Shown: positions 9,235 through 19,629, counted from the stretch's first letter. The stretch: 64,000 nt of DNA from Dehalococcoidia bacterium (GCA_965247585.1 CBDFHC010000005.1:896334-960333); one strand, 5' to 3'. Numbers and translations are program-made. The notes: generated by a model not told the origin, from the letters alone.

Positions 9235-9726
9235 TCAGCGCTGAGGGATGTCCCCGCAGGAGGAATATAGTCGGATTTCGGGGTAAGACTTGTGTAGGTT
9301 AAAGGTGTGATTGCCATCACTAAGCTGGGAGATACTGGCGTCAACCACGGTGACGGAGCGCCCTTGGACAACGTCGCTAAGACTATTATCAACCTCGCCC
9401 AGGTTGGGGCCACACTTCCCAAAGTGGATGTGAATGGGCTGGGGATCATTGGCGGCGGGCCCGGGGCTGACGTTAATGGTCACTTCCGTGCGGATGCCTT
9501 TGGAGACGAGGGTAGCGGTGCCTGATTGGTCAAAGCCTTCCTGCGAGTCAAGCTGAACCGTGACCTCATTGACGCCGGAGCCACACGCCGCCAAAAGGAG
9601 CAAGGCCAGCAGGCCAACAAACGGAATGAGCTTCAGTCCCAACCTCCCACGCACAAATTCTCGGTACTTCACTGGTCCTCCGCCGGAGTCGCATTTTCGC
9701 ATTGCCACACAGCCATATGCCGCCAT
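9235..9726 (-). CDS. Small putative lipoprotein, unknown function
   Basis: Hydrophobic leader ending in the lipobox-like LLLAAC. The HIHFGKCG motif is weakly reminiscent of CHRD or metal-binding beta-sandwich proteins. Start uncertain (alternative Met at 9702). Confidence 0.55.
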   Translation of the reverse strand: MAAYGCVAMRKCDSGGGPVKYREFVRGRLGLKLIPFVGLLALLLLAACGSGVNEVTVQLDSQEGFDQSGTATLVSKGIRTEVTINVSPGPAANDPQPIHIHFGKCGPNLGEVDNSLSDVVQGRSVTVVDASISQLSDGNHTFNLHKSYPEIRLYSSCGDIPQR

Positions 9727-10164
9727 CCAATCTAGTTCGTGACTCTTGGGTTACGAAACCTAGTCTGAAATAGATTTTTCGGTAAATACATTGTGGTTTC
9801 CCCTCAATATCAGGGAGAAAATGGCGCGGTTTCAACCTGTATGGACAGATTACCGGACCTTAAGCCAATGCCGGGGGAAGGTTAGGGCTGGAGAGGGATG
9901 ACTCAGGGCCGATTTCCGAGAATGCAATTAAATAATATCCCATACCGGCAAAGCAAGATAAGTGGTTCTGTTCTGGGCGGCAACCAAGTGAAAAACGCAT
10001 CCTGAGCCCCAATGCTGTAGCGTGTCCGGCGGGGCCTCTGCGGGGACTTGCCCTGGAGGCTGTGCTCCTGCCTGGTTGTAGGCATAAAAACGCCGTGTTA
10101 CCATGGGCCAACTCCACTTATTTCCACTCTAATGGCCCCTTATATCTGGCAGGCGGAGGAAGCG

Positions 10165-10749
10165 ATGGCCCGGATACGCTATACGCTGGAAGACTTCATT
10201 CACGACATGGACGACCTGCTGGAGGAGGCGCCGGACCAGCAGAAGCTGTTCGACAAGGGCTCTTCCTACCTGGAGCGGCTGATCAGGAACCCGGAGGCGA
10301 TTCCGGAAGAGTACCGCCGGCCGCTGGGGACTGGGCCGCGGCCGTTGCACGGGACCTACAAGATTCATCAAGGTGACAACGGGCTGTCCATTTCCTCGGT
10401 GGTATGGGGGCCCGGAGACCACATAGACCCTCACGACCACCACACCTGGGGGATGATGGGGGTGATGGACAACGTGCTGACGGAGACAAGGTTCAACCGG
10501 GTGGACGACCGGACCCGGGAAGGCTACGCCCAGTTGGAGCAGAACCGGGTGGCAGTGACCAGGCCGGGAGAGATATCGCTGCTGGTGCCGGAGGTGGATG
10601 AGATCCACCAGATAGACAACGAATCGGACCGGCCCACGGCGGAGATCCACGTGTACGGCAGCCCGCTGATGGGACTGGACCGGTGCAAGTTCGACCTGGC
10701 ATCGGGCCGGGTGATCCGCTACGTTTCCGGCAAGTCTGACAACGAATAG
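10165..10749 (+). CDS. Cysteine dioxygenase type I-like cupin (thiol dioxygenase family)
   Basis: Cupin His motifs HIDPHDHHTWG and IHQIDN..EIHVYG. GGAGG lies 7 nt upstream of ATG 10165. The longer ORF from 10048 has an implausible N-terminus. Confidence 0.7.
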   Translation: MARIRYTLEDFIHDMDDLLEEAPDQQKLFDKGSSYLERLIRNPEAIPEEYRRPLGTGPRPLHGTYKIHQGDNGLSISSVVWGPGDHIDPHDHHTWGMMGVMDNVLTETRFNRVDDRTREGYAQLEQNRVAVTRPGEISLLVPEVDEIHQIDNESDRPTAEIHVYGSPLMGLDRCKFDLASGRVIRYVSGKSDNE

Positions 10750-10808
10750 CCCACGGCGGCTCTTCACCGCCCCTTGTACCACGGCACCACCTAAGGAGGA
10801 GTGCGCCC

Positions 10809-12383
10809 ATGCCAGGTAGCATATCTGCCCAAGATTTACGTTCGCTAATGGAGAGTCGCGGTACGTACGCGCTGATAGACGTACGGGACGCAGGGGCACA
10901 CAACAGCAGCCACATCCCGGGCGCCAGCCTACTGCCCAGGGCGCGGCTGGAGTTTGAGCTGGAGGAGATGGCGCCCTGCAAGTCGGTCTCTGTAGTGCTA
11001 TGCGACGATGACGGGCGGCAGGCCGCCTTGGCCGCGGCGGCGCTGGAGCGGATGGGATACTCGGACGTGTTGGTATTGGAGGGCGGGGTAAACCGTTGGA
11101 CCTCGGTGGACCTTCCCACGGAGTGGGGTACGAACGTGCCCAGCAAAGACTTTGGGGAGCGAGTGCTGGTGGAGCACGGCGTGCCGGAAATAGACTCGTT
11201 TGAATTGAATGAGATGCTGGAACGGAAGGATAAGCTGGTTATCCTGGATACCCGGACGCCGGAAGAGTTTCACAACTTTTCGCTGCCGGGGGGCAGGAGC
11301 GTACCCAACGGGGAGCTGGCGCTCCGCATCACGGACATCCTGAAAGGTCTGGACCCGGATACAAAGGTGGTGCTGAACTGCGCCGGGCGGACGCGCAGCG
11401 TCATAGGCACTCGGATACTGCAACGAATGGGAATCAGAAACGCGGTGGGCTTGAAAAACGGAACCGCCGGGTGGGTGCTGGCGGGGTACCAACTGGAGAG
11501 AGGCGCAAGCCCGGGGGCGTTGCCGGAGGCATCTGAGGAGGGGCGGGCCGCGGCGGAGGCGTACGCCGACAGAGCGGCGCGAGAGGACGGGGTGCGGTTT
11601 GTGGACGTGCCGGAGTTGGAACGGCTGATGGGCCGGAGTGGAGAAGAGACGCTCTATCTGATAGACGTTAGGTCCCGGGAGGAGTACGCAGGGGGACACA
11701 TACCGGGGTTCCGGTGGGTCCCCGGCGGCCAGGCAGTGCAAAGGTCTGACGACGTGGCGGCGGTGGCCAACGGGACGATAGTGTTCGCGTGCGACGCCCA
11801 GGCCCGGTCAACGCTGGTAGCCTCCTGGTACCGGCAGATGGGCTTCAAAGAGGTGTACGCGCTGGCCGGGGGCGTAACGGCATGGTCGGCCCAGGGCCGG
11901 GGACTGGAGGCAGGGATGCGAGAGCGGCCTCCCTTCGGCCTGGATGACGCCCAGAACAAGGTGCGAATGGTGTCGCCGCGGGAGGTAGAAAGCCGGAGCG
12001 GCACGGTGGTCTACGTGGAAACCAGCCGAGGCTTCGCGGAGGGTCACGTCCCCGGCGCCCGTTGGACGCCCCGGGGCTGGCTGGAGATGCAGATTGGGGA
12101 GGTGGCGCCGGACAATGGGTCGCCATTAACGGTGACGTGCGGCGACGGGCGGAGCGCCACGCTGGCAGGGGCCACTCTTATGGGGCTGGGATACAGGGAC
12201 GTGGCGGTGCTGGATGGCGGGATGGCCGCCTGGCGCAGAGAGGGGTTGCCAGAAGAGAAGGGCCTGGCGGGGGTGCAGACGCCCCCCACCGACGTGGTAT
12301 CGCTGGGGCCGCAGCGCAACCCAGCGGACGCCATACATTACCTGCGTTGGGAAGAGGAGCTTGGGAAGAAGTACGAGGCCTAG
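10809..12383 (+). CDS. Multi-domain rhodanese-like sulfurtransferase (four rhodanese repeats)
   Basis: 524 aa. Repeated rhodanese pattern (..IDVR...E...GHIPGA..) with candidate active-site loops CAGRTRS, CDAQARS, CGDGRSA. Confidence 0.8.
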   Translation: MPGSISAQDLRSLMESRGTYALIDVRDAGAHNSSHIPGASLLPRARLEFELEEMAPCKSVSVVLCDDDGRQAALAAAALERMGYSDVLVLEGGVNRWTSVDLPTEWGTNVPSKDFGERVLVEHGVPEIDSFELNEMLERKDKLVILDTRTPEEFHNFSLPGGRSVPNGELALRITDILKGLDPDTKVVLNCAGRTRSVIGTRILQRMGIRNAVGLKNGTAGWVLAGYQLERGASPGALPEASEEGRAAAEAYADRAAREDGVRFVDVPELERLMGRSGEETLYLIDVRSREEYAGGHIPGFRWVPGGQAVQRSDDVAAVANGTIVFACDAQARSTLVASWYRQMGFKEVYALAGGVTAWSAQGRGLEAGMRERPPFGLDDAQNKVRMVSPREVESRSGTVVYVETSRGFAEGHVPGARWTPRGWLEMQIGEVAPDNGSPLTVTCGDGRSATLAGATLMGLGYRDVAVLDGGMAAWRREGLPEEKGLAGVQTPPTDVVSLGPQRNPADAIHYLRWEEELGKKYEA

Positions 12384-12493
12384 ACCGATCAGCGGTCCGG
12401 CGCCGGAGGATTTTCCCAGATTCCGCCACGGGGAAAGCCAAACCGGGGGGGACGCTGCCCGGCTTGGAACAAAATCCAGATACGAGGAGCACT

Positions 12494-12820
12494 ATGGCAC
12501 GAACCAGATACGAATACCTCCACTCATGGGTGACTGCCTGGGACGCGGAGTGGGACAACCTGGACCAGCCGCCGGAAATGGAAGAGCAGATGATGGTTGT
12601 TACGAAGCAACTGAACCGCTTTGGGCAGGACGGCTGGGAGCTGGTGAACATGGAGCCCAGCAGGGAGCCAATTACCCCGGAGATTTTGGAAGAGGTGGGC
12701 CACGCCGAAGGAAATAACGAGCATACGATACAGGCGGCATTGGATACGTATGAGTCGTTAGGCATGCCCGAGGATGTTCTCATAGGGTTCCTCTGCACCT
12801 TCAAACGGCCCATAGAGTAG
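12494..12820 (+). CDS. Small DUF4177-like protein
   Basis: ATG 12494 lies inside a longer, spurious-looking ORF. YEYLH...LNRFGQDGWELVNMEP resembles the DUF4177 pattern. Family assignment is from memory only. Confidence 0.5.
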   Translation: MARTRYEYLHSWVTAWDAEWDNLDQPPEMEEQMMVVTKQLNRFGQDGWELVNMEPSREPITPEILEEVGHAEGNNEHTIQAALDTYESLGMPEDVLIGFLCTFKRPIE

Positions 12821-12894
12821 CCCGACATCGCCTTGTTGGTCTGAAATTACACATGCTATGATTCCGGTCACATAATGCATTTGGCGGTGAGAGG

Positions 12895-13947
12895 ATGACG
12901 ACTGAGAAGACGAAGGCGCTGGATATCGCCCTGGGCCAGATTGAACGGCACTACGGCAAGGGTGCGGTGATGCGGCTGGGAGAGTCCGCCCAGACGACGA
13001 CCATGGAGTCCATACCCACCGGGTCGCTGGCGCTGGACCTGGCGCTGGGCATCGGCGGGATACCGCAGGGCCGGGTGACGGAGGTGTTCGGGGCGGAGGC
13101 GGCCGGGAAGTCCACCCTGGCGCTGCACATAATGGCCAACAGCCAGGCCAAGGGGGCGACGGCGGCGTATATTGACGTGGAGCACGCCATGGACCCCAGC
13201 TATGCCGCCAACTGTGGGTTGAACCTGGATGAGCTACTGGTATCGCAGCCGGACGACGCGGAGCAGGCGCTAGAGATAACGGAGTACCTGGTGCGCAGCG
13301 GCGCGGTGGGCGTGGTGGTGCTGGACAGCGTGGCGGCGCTGGTGCCCCGGGCGGAGATTGAGGGGGACATGGGCGACGCCCACGTGGGGCTTCAGGCCAG
13401 GCTGATGTCCCAGGCACTGCGGAAGCTGACGGGAGCAATCCACCGTTCCAAGACGGCGGTGCTCTTCGTCAACCAGCTACGGGAGAAGGTAGGCGTGATG
13501 TTCGGCAGCCCGGAGGTGACCCCCGGCGGCCGGGCGCTTAAGTTCTACAGCTCGGTGCGCGTGGACCTGCGCAGGGTGGAGTCCATCAAGCAGGGCACCG
13601 AAGTGGTGGGGAACCGGGTACGGGCCAGGGTGGTGAAGAACAAGGTGGCGCCGCCGTTTCGCGTGGCCGAATTCGACATAATGTTCAACAAGGGGATCAG
13701 CCTGGCCGGGGACATCCTGGATCTGGGCGCGGAGCAAGGAATCATCAAAAAGGCGGGCTCTTTTTACTCCTATCGCGAGACGCGGTTGGGACAGGGGCGG
13801 GAGAACTCCAAGGAATTCCTGGAAAGCAATAAGGACATTGCCCGGGATATTGAGAAACTAATCCGGGGTGATGCGCCAGAGCAGAAGCCGGAGCCTGCGC
13901 CCGAGCCGGAGCCCGAGCCGGTTGCGGTGGGCAAGAAATTAGGATAA
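12895..13947 (+). CDS. recA: Recombinase RecA
   Basis: 350 aa. [23 protein letters not shown], Walker [40 protein letters not shown]-type L2 region. Confidence 0.97.
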   Translation: MTTEKTKALDIALGQIERHYGKGAVMRLGESAQTTTMESIPTGSLALDLALGIGGIPQGRVTEVFGAEAAGKSTLALHIMANSQAKGATAAYIDVEHAMDPSYAANCGLNLDELLVSQPDDAEQALEITEYLVRSGAVGVVVLDSVAALVPRAEIEGDMGDAHVGLQARLMSQALRKLTGAIHRSKTAVLFVNQLREKVGVMFGSPEVTPGGRALKFYSSVRVDLRRVESIKQGTEVVGNRVRARVVKNKVAPPFRVAEFDIMFNKGISLAGDILDLGAEQGIIKKAGSFYSYRETRLGQGRENSKEFLESNKDIARDIEKLIRGDAPEQKPEPAPEPEPEPVAVGKKLG

Positions 13948-13994
13948 GGCCCGCGGCGCAGCCAGAACCACAGCCGGGTAGACCCTAACGGGGA

Positions 13995-14513
13995 GTGGTG
14001 CGGAGAAGGGGAAACAGCCAAAAAGCGAGCGGCGACCCAATAGAGGTGGCCGCTCGTTTTCTATCCTACCGGCCGCGCAGTGAGGCGGAGGTGCGGCGGC
14101 GTCTGCTGAAGCAGTTCCCGCCGGACAAAGTGGATGAGGCCATAGACCGGCTTAAGGAGCGCGGCCTCATTGACGATGCGGAGTTCGCGCGGTTCTGGCG
14201 TGACAACCGGGAGCAGCATCGGCCCCGCTCCATGATGATGCTGAAGCAGGAGCTGGGACGGCTGGGAGTGCCCCGGGCAACGGTAAACCAGGCGCTGGAG
14301 GAGCTGGATGAAGAGGCCTCTGCCTTCAACGCGGGCCGGAGGTACCTCCGCCGGCTGAGGACCGAGGACGGGGAGAGTTTCCATGCGAAGATGTCGGATC
14401 ACCTTCGCCGGAGGGGGTTCGGCTATTCGGTGGCGCGCAAGGTAGCTCGGGAGCTGTGGGAGGAGCTAGCGGACCCGGTTGACGGCGATGTAGATGGCCA
14501 CACCGAGGAATAG
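13995..14513 (+). CDS. recX: RecA regulator RecX
   Basis: 172 aa immediately downstream of recA. RecX-like repeats (AARFLSYRPRSEAEVRRRL, DDAEFARFWRDNR). Confidence 0.85.
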   Translation: MVRRRGNSQKASGDPIEVAARFLSYRPRSEAEVRRRLLKQFPPDKVDEAIDRLKERGLIDDAEFARFWRDNREQHRPRSMMMLKQELGRLGVPRATVNQALEELDEEASAFNAGRRYLRRLRTEDGESFHAKMSDHLRRRGFGYSVARKVARELWEELADPVDGDVDGHTEE

Positions 14514-14978
14514 CAACGCGAAAATTATGCTGGGCGCGTTGAAGTTGCGCCCGATTACAAAGGCCAGAATGAAGGCCAAAATGACGCCCACGGCAGCGAC
14601 GATGGCCAGTCCGGTGCCCCGCTTCCGGTTGACGGAGGCGTTGACGGCCTCGCCGATGATGTAGCCAACGCCCATGGCCAACAGCCAGGGCAGGAAAAAT
14701 ATCCCGCCGAATATGTCCAGAAGGACACCCCATGCCACACCGGCGACGCCACCGACCATGACGGCCGCACCGGCGGCGATGGCATATTGCCTCGGGCTGA
14801 CGTCGAACACAGGAGACCGCTGCACCCGGCCGCAGTCGCGGCAGCGGGCCCCCACGGGGGTCTGGACCATGCAGCGGGGGCAGATGTACTTGCCGCACCT
14901 GGTGCAGGAGAGCCCGGTCTCCACGTCAGGGTGGGTGGCACAATAGCCGAAGGTAGGCTGTTCTTGCTTGGCTTGCAT
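14466..14978 (-). CDS. Zinc-finger (B-box-like) membrane protein
   Basis: N-terminal Cys/His cluster (CATHPDVETGLSCTRCGKYICPRCMV..CRDCG) followed by about four hydrophobic helices. Its 3' end overlaps the recX 3' end by 48 nt (convergent). Confidence 0.6.
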   Translation of the reverse strand: MQAKQEQPTFGYCATHPDVETGLSCTRCGKYICPRCMVQTPVGARCRDCGRVQRSPVFDVSPRQYAIAAGAAVMVGGVAGVAWGVLLDIFGGIFFLPWLLAMGVGYIIGEAVNASVNRKRGTGLAIVAAVGVILAFILAFVIGRNFNAPSIIFALLFLGVAIYIAVNRVR

Positions 14979-14992
14979 TGAACGTTCCAGGG

Positions 14993-15733
14993 CTAGGGGG
15001 CCTTATCATTGACGGGCATCCGGAAGACCCATGCTTCGCGGCTATCCACGTCCCGGTCCCGCACCAGCCGGTTGAAAAGCACCTTGCCCAACGGCAGGTC
15101 CTTCGGGAAAGGGGTCCAGTTGGATGTGAGTCTCTTAAGGACCACCAACCCCATAGCGGCGGCACAGTACCACACTATTGTAGATGATTGGCCCATCAGA
15201 AAGGTCCAAAGCGGCACCAGGGCCAGTGAGACCAGGATAACGGTGGCGGGGCTCCGAAAGACACGCCACGCCAGCAGCGAACTGGCGACGAAAATCAAAA
15301 GCGGGTAGAAGGCGAATGCGAAGTAGGCGCCGGCAGCTACGGCCAGTCCCCGGCCACCCTGGAATTTGAGGAAGATTGACCAGTTGTGACCGGCGATGGA
15401 CAGGAGGCTGGCCCCGGCCAAGGCAGCGGAGGAGCGGTCAAACCCGAAGACGTAGTTGATGGTGTCAGAGCCAAAAGGCCCCTTTACCGAAACGTCCAGG
15501 AGCAGCATGCCGATCCAAATTGGCGAGGCGCCCTTGGCGAAAAGCTCGAAAGCCCCCGGAGGGATGATCCACCACTTGCCCACGTGGTAGAAGACGTTGG
15601 TGCCGCCGAGGTTGCCGCTGCCAAATTGCCTGATGTCTATACCCCGGACCAGGCGGCCCATGAGGTACGCGGTGGGCACGGAGCCTATCAGGTAGGAGTA
15701 GAGGTAGAGGAGGGCGAGGTCCACGTCCGGCAC
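14993..15733 (-). CDS. plsY: Glycerol-3-phosphate acyltransferase PlsY
   Basis: YLIGSVPTAYLMG and GSGNLGGTNVF motifs. Polytopic hydrophobic protein. Confidence 0.85.
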   Translation of the reverse strand: MPDVDLALLYLYSYLIGSVPTAYLMGRLVRGIDIRQFGSGNLGGTNVFYHVGKWWIIPPGAFELFAKGASPIWIGMLLLDVSVKGPFGSDTINYVFGFDRSSAALAGASLLSIAGHNWSIFLKFQGGRGLAVAAGAYFAFAFYPLLIFVASSLLAWRVFRSPATVILVSLALVPLWTFLMGQSSTIVWYCAAAMGLVVLKRLTSNWTPFPKDLPLGKVLFNRLVRDRDVDSREAWVFRMPVNDKAP

Positions 15734-16669
15734 TCAGGCGGGGTCAGGTCGCGGAAGGCGGACCGGTGAGCTGGTGGAAGCGGCAGCCAGCGCTTCAAGG
15801 GCCTGCAACGACGTCTCCGGAGGGCCCGCTTCACCAGGCAGGGTCTCCCCTTCCCTGCCGAATGCATGATAGTCACTGCCGCCGCAGGGGATGAGACCGA
15901 ACCGCCCGGCCATCTCCGCCAGCCGGCTGACAACATCGGGCGCGTAGCCACCGTAGTAAACCTCCATGCCTGCCAGGCCGGCCTGCACCATCTCCCCCAG
16001 GCGATCTTCCAGGTTGTCTACGAAGGTAGGGTGGGCCAGAACCGCCACGCCGTTGACGCTGCGTATCAGGTCAATGGCGTCTTTGGGAGGAAATTTCATT
16101 CGATATACGTAAGCGGCGCCGTCGCGGCCCAGGTACTTGTCGAAGGCCTCACGATTGTCTTTGACGTAGCCCTTCTCGATCATGGCCTGGGCGATGTGTG
16201 GCCGGCCCACGGCGCCGTCCGCAAACTCCAGGATGCGGTCCATCTCCAGGTGTATTCCCAGTTTTGCCAGGGTTTCGACCATTTCCGCGGTGCGCTGTAA
16301 CCGGTCGTCCCGGAAGCCGCTGAGGGTCCGCTGGAATGCGGGGTCCTGCCATTGAAGGAAATAGCCCAGGATGTGCGCCTCGGTGCCGGGTGCATCGGCG
16401 CTGAGCTCTATGCCGGGAATCAATGTCAGGCCGGGGTGCTTCTCCTGGGCGGCCTGGGCTTCGGTGATGCCTTCCGTGGAATCATGGTCCGTGATGGCGG
16501 CGAATTTTACCCCGCGCCTGGCCACCAGGTTAACCAGCTCCGTGGGGGAGAGGTTGCCATCGGAAGCGGTAGTGTGCAGATGTAGGTCAACGGCGGCCAA
16601 GGCGCTACTCCACCTGCCTGTCGACGCGTTGGACGGAGAGGGCGCGGCCGGTGGAATCGTCGACCTCAA
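15734..16669 (-). CDS. PHP-domain metal-dependent phosphoesterase
   Basis: VDLHLHTTASDG, AITDHDS, LAHP, GGSDYH motifs. The true start may be TTG at 16600 (..LAAVDLHLH), which would remove the 65-nt overlap with the upstream gene. Confidence 0.8.
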   Translation of the reverse strand: MRSTIPPAAPSPSNASTGRWSSALAAVDLHLHTTASDGNLSPTELVNLVARRGVKFAAITDHDSTEGITEAQAAQEKHPGLTLIPGIELSADAPGTEAHILGYFLQWQDPAFQRTLSGFRDDRLQRTAEMVETLAKLGIHLEMDRILEFADGAVGRPHIAQAMIEKGYVKDNREAFDKYLGRDGAAYVYRMKFPPKDAIDLIRSVNGVAVLAHPTFVDNLEDRLGEMVQAGLAGMEVYYGGYAPDVVSRLAEMAGRFGLIPCGGSDYHAFGREGETLPGEAGPPETSLQALEALAAASTSSPVRLPRPDPA

Positions 16670-17378
16670 TCATGACGGAATTGAAGGCAACGGGTCCCTG
16701 GGCAACCTGAAAGATACGCGGCGTCTGGGTGAGGAACTTCTCCACCACGGCGCCGGGCTCCATTCCGATGACGGAGTTGAGCGGGCCCACCATTCCCAGG
16801 TCGGTAACGTAGCCGGTGCCTTCTGGGAGGACGCGGCAATCAGCTGTAGGCACGTGGGTGTGGGTGCCCACCACCGCGGTGACGCGGCCATTAAGGTACC
16901 AGGCCATGGCCTGCTTCTCCGAGGTGGCCTCGGCGTGAAAGTCCACCAGCACCACGTTGGGGGCGCTGAGGCTGGCGGCCTCCTTGAGTATGCGGTCAGC
17001 CTCCCGGAAGGGGCAGTCCAAGGCTTCCATGAAGACGCGTCCCATGAGGTTAATGACCATGATGTTGCCCAGGTTGATGTAGCCTCGTCCAGGTGTGCCG
17101 GGGGGGAAGTTGGAGGGACGGATCAGGGGCATCTCCTCCGCCAAAAAGGGAATGATCTCCTTTTTACGCCACACATGGTTGCCGGTGGTGATGACGTCCA
17201 CGCCGGCGCCGTAGATCTCATGGAATGTGTCCGGGGTGATGCCGAACCCCCCGGCGGCGTTTTCACCGTTGGCAATGACCAGGTCCAGTTGGAGCTCCCG
17301 CCGGAGGTCTGGAACCAGCCGCTGGACGGCCTGGCGGCCGGGGCGGCCAATGATGTCGCCAATCATTAGGACACGCAA
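16605..17378 (-). CDS. YmdB-like metallophosphoesterase (TIGR00282 type)
   Basis: MRVLMIGDIIGRPG, ANGENAAGGFG, TTGNHVW, VDFHAEATSEK, GTHTHVPT. Located directly downstream of rny, as in Firmicutes. Confidence 0.85.
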   Translation of the reverse strand: MRVLMIGDIIGRPGRQAVQRLVPDLRRELQLDLVIANGENAAGGFGITPDTFHEIYGAGVDVITTGNHVWRKKEIIPFLAEEMPLIRPSNFPPGTPGRGYINLGNIMVINLMGRVFMEALDCPFREADRILKEAASLSAPNVVLVDFHAEATSEKQAMAWYLNGRVTAVVGTHTHVPTADCRVLPEGTGYVTDLGMVGPLNSVIGMEPGAVVEKFLTQTPRIFQVAQGPVAFNSVMIEVDDSTGRALSVQRVDRQVE

Positions 17379-17516
17379 ACTAAAGGGGCCTCGGTAACAA
17401 ATGGTTCCGGCGTTGTGGCACCGGGGCGGTGGGGCATGTTACCCCAGTATACAAGTCCCGAGGAGGACATGCCTCCTCGGGACTTTTCGGTTTCGCGTAT
17501 GGGGTTGGGGAGCTAC

Positions 17517-18992
17517 CTACCGGGCGAACTCCACGTTGCGGGTCTCCCGGACAACGGTAACCTTAATCTGGCCCGGGTACGTGAGCTCATCCTCCACCCT
17601 TTTGGCCACGTTGCGCGCGAGGCTGGCGGCCTCGTAATCATCCATGTCCTCAGGTTTGACGATGATGCGGACCTCGCGGCCGGCCTGGATGGCGTAGGCT
17701 TTTTCAACGCCGGGGTAGCTGGTGGCCACACCCTCCAGGGCCTCCAGGCGCTGGACGTAGTGCTCCAGGCTCTCTTTTCGGGCACCGGGCCGGGCGGCGC
17801 TGACGGCGTCCGCGGCGGCGACGATGAGGGCTTCAACTGAGCCTCTTTCGTCTTCGTGGTGCTCCACGATGGCGCGGTGAACATCGGGGTGGATTTTGAA
17901 CTTCTCAGCTATGTCTCCGCCAATTTCGACGTGGCTGCCCTGGACCTCATGGGTCAAGGCTTTGCCGATGTCGTGTAGCAGGCCACCCGCTCTGGATACT
18001 TCAACGTTACCGCCAATTTCCGCGGCGATCATCCCAGCCAACAGGGAGACCTCCACGGAGTGTTGCAGGATGTTTTCGCCGTAGCTGTAGCGGTACTTTA
18101 GGCGCCCTAACAGCTTGATCAGCTCTGGGTGAAGCCCGGGGACGCCGGCGTCAAAGGTTGCTTGCTCGCCGGAGCGGGCAATGGTCGCCTCCACCTCTAG
18201 CTGGGATTTTTGGACTATTTCCTCAATGCGCGCCGGATGGATTCTACCGTCCTGAATGAGCTTTTCCAGGGCCAGGCGCGCGACTTCGCGCCGGACCGGG
18301 TCGAAGCAGGAGATGGTGATCATCTCCGGGGTATCGTCTATCAGGATGTCTACGCCGGTGGCGGCTTCCATGGCCCGGATGTTGCGCCCTTCCCTGCCTA
18401 TCAGGCGGCCCTTCATGTCGTCGCTGGGCAGGGGCACTCGAGAGGTGCTGCGCTCAGAAACGACGTCCGAGGCCAGACGCTGTATGGCCAGGGTGATTAC
18501 CTTTCTGGCCTCCTCGTCCACCTGCTCTCGCATCTGTTGCTCAAGCTCATAGTAACGCTTGGCCAACTCATGCCGCATATCCTCTTCCGCCTTGGATTCG
18601 ACTACCTGTCGAGCCTGGGCGGTGGTGAGGCTGGCAACCCTTTCCAGCTCTCCTAGCTGTTTGCCTTTAAGCTCTTCCGCTTCTTCTCGAAGCTGTTCAA
18701 TGGCAGCTTCTTTGGCGTCGGTGGCGCCTTCTCTTCGCTCCACCGCTTCGGTGCGGCGCTCCAGGCCTTCTTCTCTCTGTCTTTGACGATTCTCTTGTGA
18801 TCTAAGCTCCCTGAGTCGTTCTTTGCCTTCGTCCTCAGCGTTGGACCGAATTGTTGAGGATTCTTCTCTGCCTTCGAGGATGATCTTCCGCTTTTCCTCC
18901 TCGGCCTCCTCTTTTATTCTCTGGGCCTCTAGCCTTGCGGTTTTGATCCCCTGACCGGTCAGCGCTGAGAGGACGGTTCTAATAAAGTTCAT
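17517..18992 (-). CDS. rny: Ribonuclease Y
   Basis: 491 aa. Long N-terminal coiled coil, KH domain (IGREGRNIRAMEAATGVDILIDD), HD domain (HSVEVSLLAGMIAAE..LLHDIGKA). Confidence 0.92.
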   Translation of the reverse strand: MNFIRTVLSALTGQGIKTARLEAQRIKEEAEEEKRKIILEGREESSTIRSNAEDEGKERLRELRSQENRQRQREEGLERRTEAVERREGATDAKEAAIEQLREEAEELKGKQLGELERVASLTTAQARQVVESKAEEDMRHELAKRYYELEQQMREQVDEEARKVITLAIQRLASDVVSERSTSRVPLPSDDMKGRLIGREGRNIRAMEAATGVDILIDDTPEMITISCFDPVRREVARLALEKLIQDGRIHPARIEEIVQKSQLEVEATIARSGEQATFDAGVPGLHPELIKLLGRLKYRYSYGENILQHSVEVSLLAGMIAAEIGGNVEVSRAGGLLHDIGKALTHEVQGSHVEIGGDIAEKFKIHPDVHRAIVEHHEDERGSVEALIVAAADAVSAARPGARKESLEHYVQRLEALEGVATSYPGVEKAYAIQAGREVRIIVKPEDMDDYEAASLARNVAKRVEDELTYPGQIKVTVVRETRNVEFAR

Positions 18993-19257
18993 GTGCGACT
19001 CGGCACCGTCCTTTCCAATTGGTCCTACCTATTCGGTTGTTGGCTCACACCTAGGGGTAGGTTTTAACCATCTTATGATAGCCGTTGCGAAATCAGAGTG
19101 TCAAGGCGATGTTGATAGCCGGTAGCTGGCACAAGTGCTACGGTTTTAAGACATTGAGCGAACATAAATCGACTTATAGTTCCTGCTTCTGGCCTATTGG
19201 ATGCTAATCCGGCAAGGCGGTTAACGCAGGCCGTCCGGCGGAGTCATGCAGGGCCAA

Positions 19258-19629
19258 TCAAAGAAGGCAACCGAGATGAAGGTGCGCCGATTTGTCCGCC
19301 AGCCAATGGGCCAGGGCCCTCCGGTGACAGGGCTTGTCCGGCGGTTCGAAGCAGAGGAGCGTAAGGTCTTCGGCAGTTGCCTGGGCGGCCAGCCAGGCGC
19401 CAAGGGACTGGTCCGCGGCGTGGCGGCGGTCCAGCTCCGTGGTGTAGTCCCTGGCCAAGGCGTCAAAGTCCAGCTCCCCGGCGCGGTAGGCCCGGAGCAG
19501 CTCGGCGGGTGGATAGAAGAAGGGGAGGGACTCCCATTGGACGCGGCGCCCGCGGGGGTGTTGACGGGAGACGCGGAAGGGACGCCCAACCCAGTGCTGG
19601 GGCCGGTAGAAGCTGGCGGTGTGAATCAG
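19258..19629 (-). CDS. DUF488 family protein (start codon uncertain)
   Basis: The track ORF is only 66 aa (TTG start). Own translation stays open upstream to 19707 and reads ..PLIHTASFYRPQHWVGRPFRVSRQHPRG...LLCFEPPDKPCHRRALAHWL, typical of DUF488. No in-frame ATG/GTG/TTG lies upstream of 19458. Confidence 0.6.
   Translation of the reverse strand: MIHTASFYRPQHWVGRPFRVSRQHPRGRRVQWESLPFFYPPAELLRAYRAGELDFDALARDYTTELDRRHAADQSLGAWLAAQATAEDLTLLCFEPPDKPCHRRALAHWLADKSAHLHLGCLL

Noticed and set aside
9727-10164. About 440-bp intergenic region upstream of the CDO-like gene, considered as a possible sulfur-responsive riboswitch or ncRNA
   Set aside because: No recognisable SAM or other riboswitch core. 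It is probably just a divergent promoter region.
14466-14513. 48-nt 3'-3' overlap of recX and the zinc-finger membrane gene, considered as an antisense regulatory arrangement
   Set aside because: Convergent overlaps of this size are common in compact genomes, and nothing in the sequence itself indicates regulation.
16371-17369. 332-aa plus-strand ORF antisense to the ymdB-like and PHP genes (similarly 33102..34091 antisense to nth/argC)
   Set aside because: No motifs and biased Gly/Ala/Arg composition. The opposite-strand genes carry clear family signatures.
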